From NCBI GenBank assembly GCA_018902845.1, contig JAHIPV010000001.1:12124-76123 (forward strand): 64,000 nt of DNA. Direction: 5' to 3'. Shown here in pieces: positions 9,875 through 19,387 of the stretch (the stretch's first letter is position 1; every line of letters starts with the position of its first letter). The notes beneath the pieces are model-generated. The model was given only the letters and a program-made list of their open reading frames with translations. It had not been told where the DNA came from and did no database searches. Source of the DNA: Patescibacteria group bacterium (GTDB lineage Bacteria > Patescibacteriota > Microgenomatia > UBA12405). Made by a program: the position numbers and the translations under genes.

Positions 9875-9985
9875 GCATAGCATGGCGATCTAATCGGGAA
9901 ACAGCTGTCATTGCGAGGAAATCACGTTTAAATTTCTTAATTTATTACGTGACGACGTGGCAATCCCGTCGGAATCGAAAACTAT
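9863..9985. repeat. GC-rich palindromic element (family A), intergenic; supplies the fba stop codon
   Basis: ctgtcatcgtgagca...ggcgatctaatcggg and ctgtcattgcgaggaa...cgtgacgacgtggcaatcccgtcgg. Same core as the elements at 17245, 57280 and 28930. Confidence 0.7.
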
Positions 9986-10025
9986 ATTATTAATTTATAT
10001 TTTAGATTTGTGATTTAATTACATT

Positions 10026-11006
10026 ATGCTCGACACAATCTCCATCGGCGCCGCCACTGTCGATATTTTTATAAAATCCGAAAGTTTCTCTGTTCAGGAT
10101 AATTCATCCTGCTCAAATAACCTGTCTCTTGTTTTACCTTATGCTTCAAAGGAGGAGATAAACCAAAGCCTGATTTGTTCCGGTGGTGGTGCCACTAACT
10201 CATCAGTTGCTTTTTCTCGTCTAGGCCTAAAGTCAGCCTGTGTCTCTCTTTTTGGTCAAGATAACTTAAGTAATTATGTTTTAACAGATTTAAAAAACGA
10301 AAAAGTAAATTACAAACATTCAATTCGTTTGAAAAAAGATAATACTGATTTTTCTGTTATTATTATCGCTCCGGATGGCGCCCGTACCATTCTTGTTAAC
10401 AGGGGTAGTTCTTGCTTGGAAAAACAGCACATAGACTGGGATTTTTTAAAAAAAACTAAATGGCTTTATATTACATCCCTAGAAGGCAATCTTGATCTTT
10501 TGGAAAACTTAATTGGTTTTGGCACAGAGAACAATATCAAAATTTCTCTTAATCCGGGTTCCCGCGAATTAGCTCAAAAAAAACTTCTCAAAAGCTTTTT
10601 GCCTTATATAGATTTTCTTTTACTAAACAAAGAAGAATCGGAAACACTTGCTGGTCTCAAATCAGATCATCGGGATTTTTGGTCGGAATTAAAGTCAACT
10701 GGTTCAAAAATCACAGCGGTTACAAAAGGGCGTAACGGGGCCTATATTATCTCAGATTCTCAAACTATTTTTTCTCCTATCATTAGTACTGTTCCGCAAG
10801 ATGAAACAGGAGCGGGGGATTCCTTTGGCTCCGCCTTTGTTGCCGGATTAATTCACCAGCAAGACATTCAAACCTGTCTTAATTGGGCTATCCACAATTC
10901 TGCTTCTGTGGTTTCTCATTTGGGCGCCAAAACCGGCCTTCTCACCCTTTCCAAAATCAAAAAACAAACTAAACTAAACCGCCCCCAAGTCTCATTTCCC
11001 GAATAG
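10026..11006 (+). CDS. PfkB-family carbohydrate kinase (ribokinase-like)
   Basis: N-terminal ISIGAATVDIF, GGGATNS and the C-terminal GAGDSFGSAFVAGL PfkB signature. Confidence 0.75.
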   Translation: MLDTISIGAATVDIFIKSESFSVQDNSSCSNNLSLVLPYASKEEINQSLICSGGGATNSSVAFSRLGLKSACVSLFGQDNLSNYVLTDLKNEKVNYKHSIRLKKDNTDFSVIIIAPDGARTILVNRGSSCLEKQHIDWDFLKKTKWLYITSLEGNLDLLENLIGFGTENNIKISLNPGSRELAQKKLLKSFLPYIDFLLLNKEESETLAGLKSDHRDFWSELKSTGSKITAVTKGRNGAYIISDSQTIFSPIISTVPQDETGAGDSFGSAFVAGLIHQQDIQTCLNWAIHNSASVVSHLGAKTGLLTLSKIKKQTKLNRPQVSFPE

Positions 11007-11330
11007 TAAATCATTGTGCTCTTCCTACTACTCTCGTCATATCATTCCCTGTCGGTAGCACCTTTTTAGGTGAAGCACTTTCTACCGGTTGTGGCCTTCT
11101 TAGCTCCGTACCCCCTCTATCTCCTACATCAGTCTCTACTCTCCCAAGCCTAAACGGCGGAAGAAAAGCTTCACATCTTCCCACTACTCCTTTCATCATA
11201 GCCATAAGTAATTATACATTATCTTTTATCTTTTTTCTCTTTTCTTCACCCCACTCCAAATTAATCAAAAACTTATCAATCTTCCTATCTTGCTTGAAAG
11301 AGTAGAGCTTTTAATTGATAATCAATTAAA

Positions 11331-12044
11331 ATGCTTCTCACCAAAGAAAAAATCAATCAAAAAAAGGGAATAAAAGCCGAACAGACGGATCTTGTCGAAA
11401 CTATTTCAAAAGTCGATAAAACCAGCAAAAACCGTCGTTTTGTTATCATCGCTCTTTTAGTTACCATTGGCTTGTCCGCCATTTTTGCAATTTATGACCT
11501 AGTTAAAAAAACAACCCAAAACGGTAAATATACTGATTTTTTGTCAAAAATTTCCCTCTCTAAACCTCAAACCGATATACCAACAAAAGATATCTCAACA
11601 CCAAACATTGACATATCTAGCCTTATTGAAGAAAAAATTATCAATCATCAGGGTGTTTGGTCTTTTTACATCAAATATTATTCCTTCGCCTCGCCACAGC
11701 CTTCAGCGTCGGCGGGTTCTGATTCGGAAAAAATTATTTACACCAGAAACGAATCTGTTTTTTTCTCTAAAAACAATCCAAGCGAAATTTTAAAATCTCT
11801 AAAAGACCCAGATGATAAACAGGCAAAAATATTTACAAAAAACTTACCGGACGGTTTAGAAATCTATGAAAAAAATCAATCAACAGAAAATTCAATCGAA
11901 TCGCATCTTCTTATCATTCTTCCAAACAATAAACAAATCTTTATTCTTATTAAGACTACCGAAGTTAAAGACAATTCTCAGCTCCCATCCCTTATATCTC
12001 AACTCGTATCTGATATCTACTGGTCCCTCCTTCAATCAGACTAA
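11331..12044 (+). CDS. Hypothetical membrane-anchored protein
   Basis: 237-aa ORF with a single N-terminal TM (FVIIALLVTIGLSAIFAIY). No family recognised. Confidence 0.4.
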   Translation: MLLTKEKINQKKGIKAEQTDLVETISKVDKTSKNRRFVIIALLVTIGLSAIFAIYDLVKKTTQNGKYTDFLSKISLSKPQTDIPTKDISTPNIDISSLIEEKIINHQGVWSFYIKYYSFASPQPSASAGSDSEKIIYTRNESVFFSKNNPSEILKSLKDPDDKQAKIFTKNLPDGLEIYEKNQSTENSIESHLLIILPNNKQIFILIKTTEVKDNSQLPSLISQLVSDIYWSLLQSD

Positions 12045-14284
12045 TTTATTGTTGGTGTCGGGGTTGTTTTGGGCAAACATCTGACTCCATTCTCTGTTCC
12101 CTTAACAAAATAACCTTCTTTTCCACAAACCGTTGTCTTAACTATTCCCTCGGGCATTTGCCACTTCTCTTCTTCACGATTTTCTAGTATTTCCGTCATT
12201 ATTCTATTCCAAATCGGTGTTGCTCCCGAAATTCCCGAAGCTACCCAGCTCATCGGGCTACCATCGTTATTGCCTACCCAGCTGGCTACTAGCACTGACG
12301 GTGTCCATCCTATACACCAATTGTCTTTTAAATTATTAGTTGTACCGGTTTTTACCGCCACAGTCCTTTCCGGAATTTTTAACTTGGAATTAAAACCAAA
12401 AATAGGAGCCCTGGCCGTATCGTCACTCAAGGCTTCATTTATCAAAAAAGCTAATTCACTGGAAACAACCCTATTTTTGTCCGTCTCCTTTTCGTAAATT
12501 CTTTCGCCTAAATAATTTTCAACTCTTAAGATGGGATTAACTTCATTTTTTTTTCCTTCATTGGCAAAAATGCTATACGCCTCAGCCAGTTCAGTCATTT
12601 TTACTTCTCCCGCTCCCAGTGCCAAAGACAATCCAAATCTACTTCTATCTTTCCAGCTAGTGATCCCCATTTCTTCGGCCAAATCTATCATATCCATTAC
12701 TCCGTTTTTTTCTAGTAATTTTACCGACGGAATATTTAAAGACGAAGCTAGGGCGATTTTTAAAGTAACAGTTCCCATGTATTTCCCGTTGTAATTTTGT
12801 GGAGAATAGGGATCTTGTCCGGCAATTTGGTAAGTGATACGGTCATCGTCTATCAGTGAAGATAGTGTCCATCCTTTTTTCAAAGCTAAAAGGTAATTAA
12901 TCGGCTTAATTGAAGACCCCGGTTGTCTCAATGCCACTGTTACGTTGAATTTTCCGTCAACATCGTTCGTATAATAATCTTTTGATCCCACCATTGACAA
13001 TATATCTCCGTTTTTTGTGTCTATGATTAATACTGCTCCGTTGCTGATTTTCAATTTTAAGACTTTTGCTATTTCCTCTTTCACAATTTTTTCTGCCATT
13101 AATTGTTTTTCTCTGTCTAAGCTTGTAACAATTCTAAGTCCTGATTTTTCAATATTTTCAAAATTTAGTTTTTCTTCTAGATACTTTTTGACATAAAAAA
13201 CAAAATGTGGAAATTCTATATTTTTAATATTATTTTTTATTTTTATTTCTTCTCCTGACACCTTTTTTGCTATCTCTTCATTTATAAAACCGGCCTTCAC
13301 CATTTCATCTAACACTCTTTTTTGTCTTAACAATGCAAATTCCGGATTTTTTCCATAAGGAGAATAAGAGCTTGGCGCCGCTGGTAATCCTGCCAAAAAA
13401 GCTGCTTCAGCCAAATTTATTTCCCAAACGTTCTTATCAAAATATTTAAGAGATGCTTCTTGCACTCCGTAACTTTCTCCTCCATAAGCCACTTGGTTAA
13501 AATATCGTTCTAGTATTTCATTTTTTGGCAGTTTCCATTCCAAAGCTATCGCCAAAACTGCTTCTTTCAATTTTCTCTTCCATGTTTTTTCACTACCCAA
13601 AAATACATTTTTAACTACCTGTTGGGTTATGGTAGATCCTCCTCTTGGTGGGAACTGGTCTTTTCTTAAGTTGTAAAGTATCGCCTGAAAAACCCCTTTT
13701 AAAGAAAATCCCGAATGGCGGTAAAAATCTTTGTCTTCAATAGAAATTGTTGCCCATACTAAAGTTTGTGGAATTTTAGACAGGGGAATCCAAGTTCTAT
13801 TTTCATCTTCATAAAATTTGTAAAGTAAACTCCCGTCTCTATCCACTATTTTGCTTGACATTGGTGGGGGAGTATAAATTTTTTCAATATCGGGTAAATC
13901 AATCAAAATTTCTTTATAGAATATATAAATTCCAAAACTAAAAACTCCCATCAACAGCGACCCCAGTAACCAAACAATCCACATCCAATTTGCTTTTTTC
14001 TTTGCCTCGCCATTAATCCTTTTCTTTAATCTTTTCTCTTTGCCTCGCCAAAGTTTCCAACGACGGCGGGTTTTCCTCTTCTTCATTTTTCTTTTAAAAC
14101 AATTTTCCCAATTATTAAATTTCTTTATTCGTTTACTTATCTTGTTTTTCTTTGTTTTTTTATAATTCTTAATTCTTAACTCGTAATTCTTAATTAATAT
14201 CATTAACAGTCCAACAATAAGTTTTATTATCCTGTAAATCGGCCTTCCCATCCTTATCAAAAAACTTCTTATCCAAACAAACAT
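12041..14284 (-). CDS. Class A penicillin-binding protein (PBP1A-type transglycosylase/transpeptidase)
   Basis: GT51 motifs EDKDFYRHSGF, GGSTITQQ and RKLKEA; transpeptidase SSIKP...SLN...KTGT. Start uncertain: a basic N-terminal extension suggests an alternative start near 14086. Confidence 0.8.
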   Translation of the reverse strand: MFVWIRSFLIRMGRPIYRIIKLIVGLLMILIKNYELRIKNYKKTKKNKISKRIKKFNNWENCFKRKMKKRKTRRRWKLWRGKEKRLKKRINGEAKKKANWMWIVWLLGSLLMGVFSFGIYIFYKEILIDLPDIEKIYTPPPMSSKIVDRDGSLLYKFYEDENRTWIPLSKIPQTLVWATISIEDKDFYRHSGFSLKGVFQAILYNLRKDQFPPRGGSTITQQVVKNVFLGSEKTWKRKLKEAVLAIALEWKLPKNEILERYFNQVAYGGESYGVQEASLKYFDKNVWEINLAEAAFLAGLPAAPSSYSPYGKNPEFALLRQKRVLDEMVKAGFINEEIAKKVSGEEIKIKNNIKNIEFPHFVFYVKKYLEEKLNFENIEKSGLRIVTSLDREKQLMAEKIVKEEIAKVLKLKISNGAVLIIDTKNGDILSMVGSKDYYTNDVDGKFNVTVALRQPGSSIKPINYLLALKKGWTLSSLIDDDRITYQIAGQDPYSPQNYNGKYMGTVTLKIALASSLNIPSVKLLEKNGVMDMIDLAEEMGITSWKDRSRFGLSLALGAGEVKMTELAEAYSIFANEGKKNEVNPILRVENYLGERIYEKETDKNRVVSSELAFLINEALSDDTARAPIFGFNSKLKIPERTVAVKTGTTNNLKDNWCIGWTPSVLVASWVGNNDGSPMSWVASGISGATPIWNRIMTEILENREEEKWQMPEGIVKTTVCGKEGYFVKGTENGVRCLPKTTPTPTIN

Positions 14285-14333
14285 CTATCTTATTTTAACT
14301 CACTCACACTACCCTTTAAATACCCAAAAGCAA

Positions 14334-16439
14334 TCAATCTGTTTTTTCTACAACTGGACAATCTAAGCAAATAAAATAGCCTCCCGCATCTTCTATTACT
14401 GTTCTTTCTTGCCATTCTGCGTTGGGAATATCTTCTCCCTCTTTAACAATTTGACCGGTATCTTTATTAACCACCACTGTTCTTTTTGTAGGCATACTTT
14501 TTGTAGGCAAAAATTCTTGTTTAAAATATTCATATCTCGAATCACATCCTTCTTCCGGAATCAGTCCTCCGGTTAAGTTACAGATATGCATACCAACTAT
14601 ACTAGCGGGCATTACCGGCTTTTTAACCAACTTATCTTCCAGTATTTTTGTCATAACATCATTCCAAATCGGTGAAGCTCCAGTTATTCCGGATACCACC
14701 CATCCCATTTTTGAATTATCATTATTTCCTACCCAGCTAGATACTACATAATCAGCAGTAAAACCTATTGTCCAGTTATCTCTCATATCGTTAGTTGTAC
14801 CCGTTTTCACTGCCACTTCCGGATGGTCTTTTATGTTCAACAATGATCCTCTACCAAATACCATTGATCTGGCGCCATCATCAGATAAGATATGTTGAAT
14901 CAAAAAAGCCGTTTCTCTAGACAAAACTCTTTCTCCTGGTATATATTCATACTCGTCAATCACCTCTCCGTTCCTATCCCTTACTTCCAAGACATAATTT
15001 AAGTCTTGCTTGATTCCCATGTTAGCAAAAACACCAAAAGCGGTATTCATATCTATCATCTGCACTTCTCCTCCTCCTAAAGTTAACGACAAACCATAAT
15101 TAGAGGCATCTTTAAAGGTACTGATTCCCATGCTTCTAGCAAAATCTACAAAAGTTTCTACTCCGTTTATTTCTAGCATTTTTACTGCCGGAATATTTAA
15201 TGAATTTCCCAAACAATTTCTCAAAGATTGTATTCCATAATAAGACCAACCGTAATTAGTCGGGCAATAATCTTTTTGGTTTATCATCTTAAAACAAGTC
15301 TCTTTATCACCAAAAACCGATGCCGCCGTTACATTTCCAAGTTCCAATCCCAAAGCATAATTCAGTGGTTTGATCGAGGAACCGGGTTGTCTTAATGCTG
15401 TTGTCACATTAAACTGCCCATTAATATCATTGGCAAAATAATCTTTTGACCCCACCATTGCCAGCACTTGTCCGGTTTTAGCCTCTGTCACCAACACTGC
15501 CCCGTTCGTTACATCGTATTTTTCGATTTTAGCAATTTCAGAGGCTACACTTGTTTGTACATAATCCTGCAATTCCATATCTAAGGTAGTTGTCACTTTC
15601 AAGCCTCCTTCCTGGATTTTTTTTAGTCCATATTTTTCAGTCAATTTTTCTCGCACCAAAAGTACAAAATGAGGAGCCAATATTCCTTTTTTCGAGACGA
15701 AGTATTTAAGTTCCCCTGTTTTGGCATTTTCCATTTCTTCTTTGCTTATAAATCCTTCTTCGTTCATTCTTTGCAAAACCAATTCTTGTCTTTTTTTTGC
15801 CGCTTCAGGATGAGCAAAAGGGGAGTATTGTGTCGGTGATGCCGGCAATCCGGCAATCAAAGCTGACTCGGCTAAATTTAATTCTGATACGTTTTTGTCA
15901 AAAATACCTTTTGCCGCCGCTTGTGCTCCCCAAAGAGTTCCGCCATATGGAGTTTGGTTGAAATACATTTCAAGAATTTGATTTTTCGAATACAAAATCT
16001 CCACCATCCCGGTTAACAGCGCCTCTTTGATTTTTCGCTTTATTGTTCTTTCTGGAGTTAGTAAGGCATTTTTTACTAATTGCTGGGTTATGGTCGATCC
16101 CCCTTGCAATCTTTTTTTAAAAATCGTTCTATATAATCCTCTGGCAATTCCTTTCAGATCGAATCCAAAATGTTTGTAAAATTTAGTGTCCTCAATCGCC
16201 AGAGTTGCGTTTTTTAAATCTTTTGGTATCTGGTCCAAATCTACCGGAACCCTATTCTTGTCAGAGAATATCTCATACAAAAGTTTTCCTTTTCTGTCAA
16301 AAATTAGGGATGACTCAGGGTATTCGTGTGTAGATAATTTTCTCGGACTTGGTAAATCTCTAAGCAAAAAAACAACCAACAAAAAAACCAACCCCAATAC
16401 TCCCAAATATATCCACCTCTTTTTTTTACTCTTCTTCAT
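14334..16439 (-). CDS. Class A penicillin-binding protein (PBP1A-type), second tandem copy
   Basis: EDTKFYKHFGF, GGSTITQQ, SSIKP, SLN and KTGTT motifs. N-terminal TM anchor. Confidence 0.85.
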   Translation of the reverse strand: MKKSKKKRWIYLGVLGLVFLLVVFLLRDLPSPRKLSTHEYPESSLIFDRKGKLLYEIFSDKNRVPVDLDQIPKDLKNATLAIEDTKFYKHFGFDLKGIARGLYRTIFKKRLQGGSTITQQLVKNALLTPERTIKRKIKEALLTGMVEILYSKNQILEMYFNQTPYGGTLWGAQAAAKGIFDKNVSELNLAESALIAGLPASPTQYSPFAHPEAAKKRQELVLQRMNEEGFISKEEMENAKTGELKYFVSKKGILAPHFVLLVREKLTEKYGLKKIQEGGLKVTTTLDMELQDYVQTSVASEIAKIEKYDVTNGAVLVTEAKTGQVLAMVGSKDYFANDINGQFNVTTALRQPGSSIKPLNYALGLELGNVTAASVFGDKETCFKMINQKDYCPTNYGWSYYGIQSLRNCLGNSLNIPAVKMLEINGVETFVDFARSMGISTFKDASNYGLSLTLGGGEVQMIDMNTAFGVFANMGIKQDLNYVLEVRDRNGEVIDEYEYIPGERVLSRETAFLIQHILSDDGARSMVFGRGSLLNIKDHPEVAVKTGTTNDMRDNWTIGFTADYVVSSWVGNNDNSKMGWVVSGITGASPIWNDVMTKILEDKLVKKPVMPASIVGMHICNLTGGLIPEEGCDSRYEYFKQEFLPTKSMPTKRTVVVNKDTGQIVKEGEDIPNAEWQERTVIEDAGGYFICLDCPVVEKTD

Positions 16440-17067
16440 GCCACTCTTCCAATTCTACAATCAATTCCTCTAATTCACTTTTTTGATTTTTTGTACTGGT
16501 TGCCATACTTCTCAAAACCTCTTCATTCTCAAGATCCTCTAAATTTCTTTTAAATACTTCTCTATAAACCAAACGGGCATCGTCTAGCTGGGAATCTATT
16601 AATTTTTTTTCACTCTCCTCTATCTTTAGCGACCATTCTTTTGATTTTTTTAATTTTTTAACAGCATCTCGTGCTGATTTCAAGGACAAGCTTGTTTTAT
16701 TTTTTTCCATCAGTAACAAGCTCTCTGATATCCTTTTATCGGCCAAAAATAATAGCAATTTTGATTTATCCACCGGCTCTCTGGCTAGTTTTAACCATAG
16801 ATAATTCCTTATTTCTTTAAAACCATAAAAAAAATTGTCCGGCAGGGTTTTTATCTCTGGTAGTTTGTAATTTATTTTTACCCTCCTTCCTTCTTTGTTT
16901 ACCTTTTCTACACTTATTGGTTTAACTCGGTAACTATCATAATTTTTTTCACTAGCCAACACTTCCCATGACGTTGCCACCAGAGAAACGAATAAAATCC
17001 CTAAAGATACAAAAAAACACATCAATACATAATAAACATACCCACTTCCTAGATTAATCTTTTTCAT
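16426..17067 (-). CDS. Hypothetical membrane-anchored coiled-coil protein
   Basis: N-terminal TM then a charged coiled-coil region. Overlaps the PBP start by 14 nt, suggesting an operon. Confidence 0.4.
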   Translation of the reverse strand: MKKINLGSGYVYYVLMCFFVSLGILFVSLVATSWEVLASEKNYDSYRVKPISVEKVNKEGRRVKINYKLPEIKTLPDNFFYGFKEIRNYLWLKLAREPVDKSKLLLFLADKRISESLLLMEKNKTSLSLKSARDAVKKLKKSKEWSLKIEESEKKLIDSQLDDARLVYREVFKRNLEDLENEEVLRSMATSTKNQKSELEELIVELEEWHEEE

Positions 17068-17101
17068 TGGTCTCTTATTCTATCAAATTACACAAACTAT
17101 C

Positions 17102-17764
17102 TCACAATTTTCCACTTTCCCTTTTTCCATGAAAAAAAGCATATCCTAATCCCACTTTTTCCCCTTTCATTTTTGGCTTCATATATAAATATTGCCCCCC
17201 GAAAGCCACCAGGTTCACCAACCACCAGAACAAATTAAACCGTTTGTCATCCCGAGCACGGTCGAGGGATCCAGTTGGAAATGTAAAAAGATCTAATTTA
17301 TGCCTCCATCGGGATTGCCACGTCACTTCGTTCCTCGCAATGACGGTTTGGTCTACCCATCTTTTATTTTCCCCCACAAACTTTTCATAAATATTTTCTT
17401 TATTTAAAACTGCTTTCAAAAACATTAAATCACTCGCACTTATTTTTGTCTGCTTAAACTTTGGTAGTTCCAAACTACTTTCATCCAGCCACATATTAAA
17501 ACAAAACTCATCTTTTCTTTCTTTTTTTCCAACTCTTCGGTGGGGGATTTTCTTAAACCTTATATAAAAGTTCAAAAACAATCTAGTCATCCACAGCCTA
17601 TTTTTCTTCGTTATTACTAATATGTCTATATCATCATTTTTCTTTGCCCCGCCGGCTCCAACCGACCCGCTCACACCCACAAACAAAATATTTTTAAATC
17701 CCAACAAATGCTTTTTTACTAGATTCTCTGTCTTTTTTAGTTTATTTTTACTATATTTATTCAC
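17102..17764 (-). CDS. Nucleotidyltransferase-domain protein (Pol-beta superfamily) with an in-frame repeat insertion
   Basis: GVSGSVGAGGAKKNDDIDILVI minimal nucleotidyltransferase motif. Segment ...DLFTFPTGSLDRARDDKR... is encoded by the GC-rich element at 17245-17347. Confidence 0.5.
   Translation of the reverse strand: MNKYSKNKLKKTENLVKKHLLGFKNILFVGVSGSVGAGGAKKNDDIDILVITKKNRLWMTRLFLNFYIRFKKIPHRRVGKKERKDEFCFNMWLDESSLELPKFKQTKISASDLMFLKAVLNKENIYEKFVGENKRWVDQTVIARNEVTWQSRWRHKLDLFTFPTGSLDRARDDKRFNLFWWLVNLVAFGGQYLYMKPKMKGEKVGLGYAFFHGKRESGKL
17245..17347. repeat. GC-rich palindromic element (family A) inside a CDS, in-frame
   Basis: tgtcatcccgagcacggtcgagggatccagttggaaatgtaaaaag joined to the reverse complement of tgtcattgcgaggaacgaagtgacgtggcaatcccgatgg. 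Ends are inverted copies of TGTCATYSCGAG. Confidence 0.75.
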
Positions 17765-17846
17765 CCAATCTATTCTAAATCATCTTTTCACCTCGTACGT
17801 CTATTCCCATCAAACACATACTATAATATCTAACTAGCATATTTCT

Positions 17847-19346
17847 ATGAACAAAAACAGCAAAATTTATCGTCTTTGGGAAATGATTCCAGGCTTTTTT
17901 GCCTGGGTAGTAATTCTTTTTCCTATTGTCGGTTCTTTTATTATGCCAAAAGCCGTTGCTTATTTTGTTATCGCTTTTTTAATTTATTGGATTTATCAAT
18001 CCTTTAAATCTGCCATATTAGCCGTTATCGGTTATTTTAAGATTAAAAAATTTACCCAAATCAATTGGAAAAAAAGATTTTTTAAAAACAAGGACAAAAA
18101 CTTTTTACCATATGACAAAATAAATCACGTAATAATAATTCCATCATACAAAGAACCTATAGATATCATTGATATGGCTTTCGGCAGTTTGGCCAAACAA
18201 ACCGACATTAGTTTAAAAAAACTTCATGTAATTTTGGCCCAAGAAAGTCGAGCCGGTAAAGAAAATAACCAGAAAACCAAAAAATATTTCAAACAAAAAT
18301 ATAAAGACACTTTTGGAAATCTTGTTTTTACAGAACATCCACCCGGCTTACCAGGTGAAACCATAGGTAAGCACAGTAACGAAGCTTGGGCCGCCAAATA
18401 TTTCAAAAAAAATTACATAGACAAAAGAAAAGATTTAAATTTTAACTGCACCACTCTTACTACTTGCGACGTCGATACTATATTTAACCCAAAATATTTT
18501 TCAGCCCTAACTTATTTTTTTGCCTCAACCGAGAACAGATATTACAAATTTTGGCAATCACCAATTTTTTGGCATCACAATATAGACAAAGTTCCAGCGC
18601 CTATAAGAATAGTTGGTACCATGGGAAACATAATTCATATTGCTAACATTCAGGAGCCGGATGGTCTGTTTTTTAATTATTCTTGCTATTCCTCGTCATA
18701 TAGGCAAATTCATCTGGTCGGTTATTGGGATTTAGATGTTATTCCGGAAGATTGGCATATTTTTTTACAGTCATTTTTTGGCACTGGAGGCAGAAGTTCG
18801 GTGGACCCAATTTTTCTTCCAACCATAGTTGACGCTCCCAGCGGAACAAATTATTTCAATGCTCTAAAAAATCGTTACAATCAATGTCTTCGTCATGCTT
18901 GGGGAGCTACAGATATTGCTTATGCCATCGAACAAGCTCGCATTCACAAAGAAATTCCTTTACTCACTCGTATTTTAAGAATTTACAAACTTATAAAAAC
19001 CCATCTGATTTGGTCCAGTAATTGGTTTATTTTGACTCTGGGAACCAGTCTTCCTTCTATTTTAAATCCCAGGTTTTTCCAAACCTCTTTTGGTTACAAC
19101 TTACCCAAAATAGCCAATATAATCCTAACTATTTGTTTATTACCGCTTCTCGTCCTTATAATTTTGGATTGGAAATTAAGACCAAGGGATACAAAAAAAA
19201 CTTTTACTGATTGGTTCAAAAATTTGATTCAATGGCCGTTGATGCCAATTGCCACCCTAACCATGTCAGTTCTTCCCGGACTTCATTCCCATACCCGTCT
19301 TTTTTTTAACAAACGTCTTGAATATCAAACCACCAAGAAAAGCTAA
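17847..19346 (+). CDS. Putative membrane glycosyltransferase (GT2-like catalytic core flanked by TM helices)
   Basis: IIIPSYKEPIDII (GT2-like), CDVDTI (DXD) and QSPIFW (QxxRW-like), with N- and C-terminal TM segments. Confidence 0.45.
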   Translation: MNKNSKIYRLWEMIPGFFAWVVILFPIVGSFIMPKAVAYFVIAFLIYWIYQSFKSAILAVIGYFKIKKFTQINWKKRFFKNKDKNFLPYDKINHVIIIPSYKEPIDIIDMAFGSLAKQTDISLKKLHVILAQESRAGKENNQKTKKYFKQKYKDTFGNLVFTEHPPGLPGETIGKHSNEAWAAKYFKKNYIDKRKDLNFNCTTLTTCDVDTIFNPKYFSALTYFFASTENRYYKFWQSPIFWHHNIDKVPAPIRIVGTMGNIIHIANIQEPDGLFFNYSCYSSSYRQIHLVGYWDLDVIPEDWHIFLQSFFGTGGRSSVDPIFLPTIVDAPSGTNYFNALKNRYNQCLRHAWGATDIAYAIEQARIHKEIPLLTRILRIYKLIKTHLIWSSNWFILTLGTSLPSILNPRFFQTSFGYNLPKIANIILTICLLPLLVLIILDWKLRPRDTKKTFTDWFKNLIQWPLMPIATLTMSVLPGLHSHTRLFFNKRLEYQTTKKS

Positions 19347-19387
19347 TAAATCTACAATCCGACACAAAAATAATCTATAATAAATTT

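Noticed and set aside
11011-11205. 64-aa ORF in the GC-shifted island
   Set aside because: No start context, Arg/Gly/Pro-rich translation typical of reading through structured or repeat DNA. Region better explained as noncoding (possible 5S-like RNA).
12270-12794. Two plus-strand ORFs (75 and 87 aa)
   Set aside because: Antisense to the well-supported PBP1A gene; low-complexity products.
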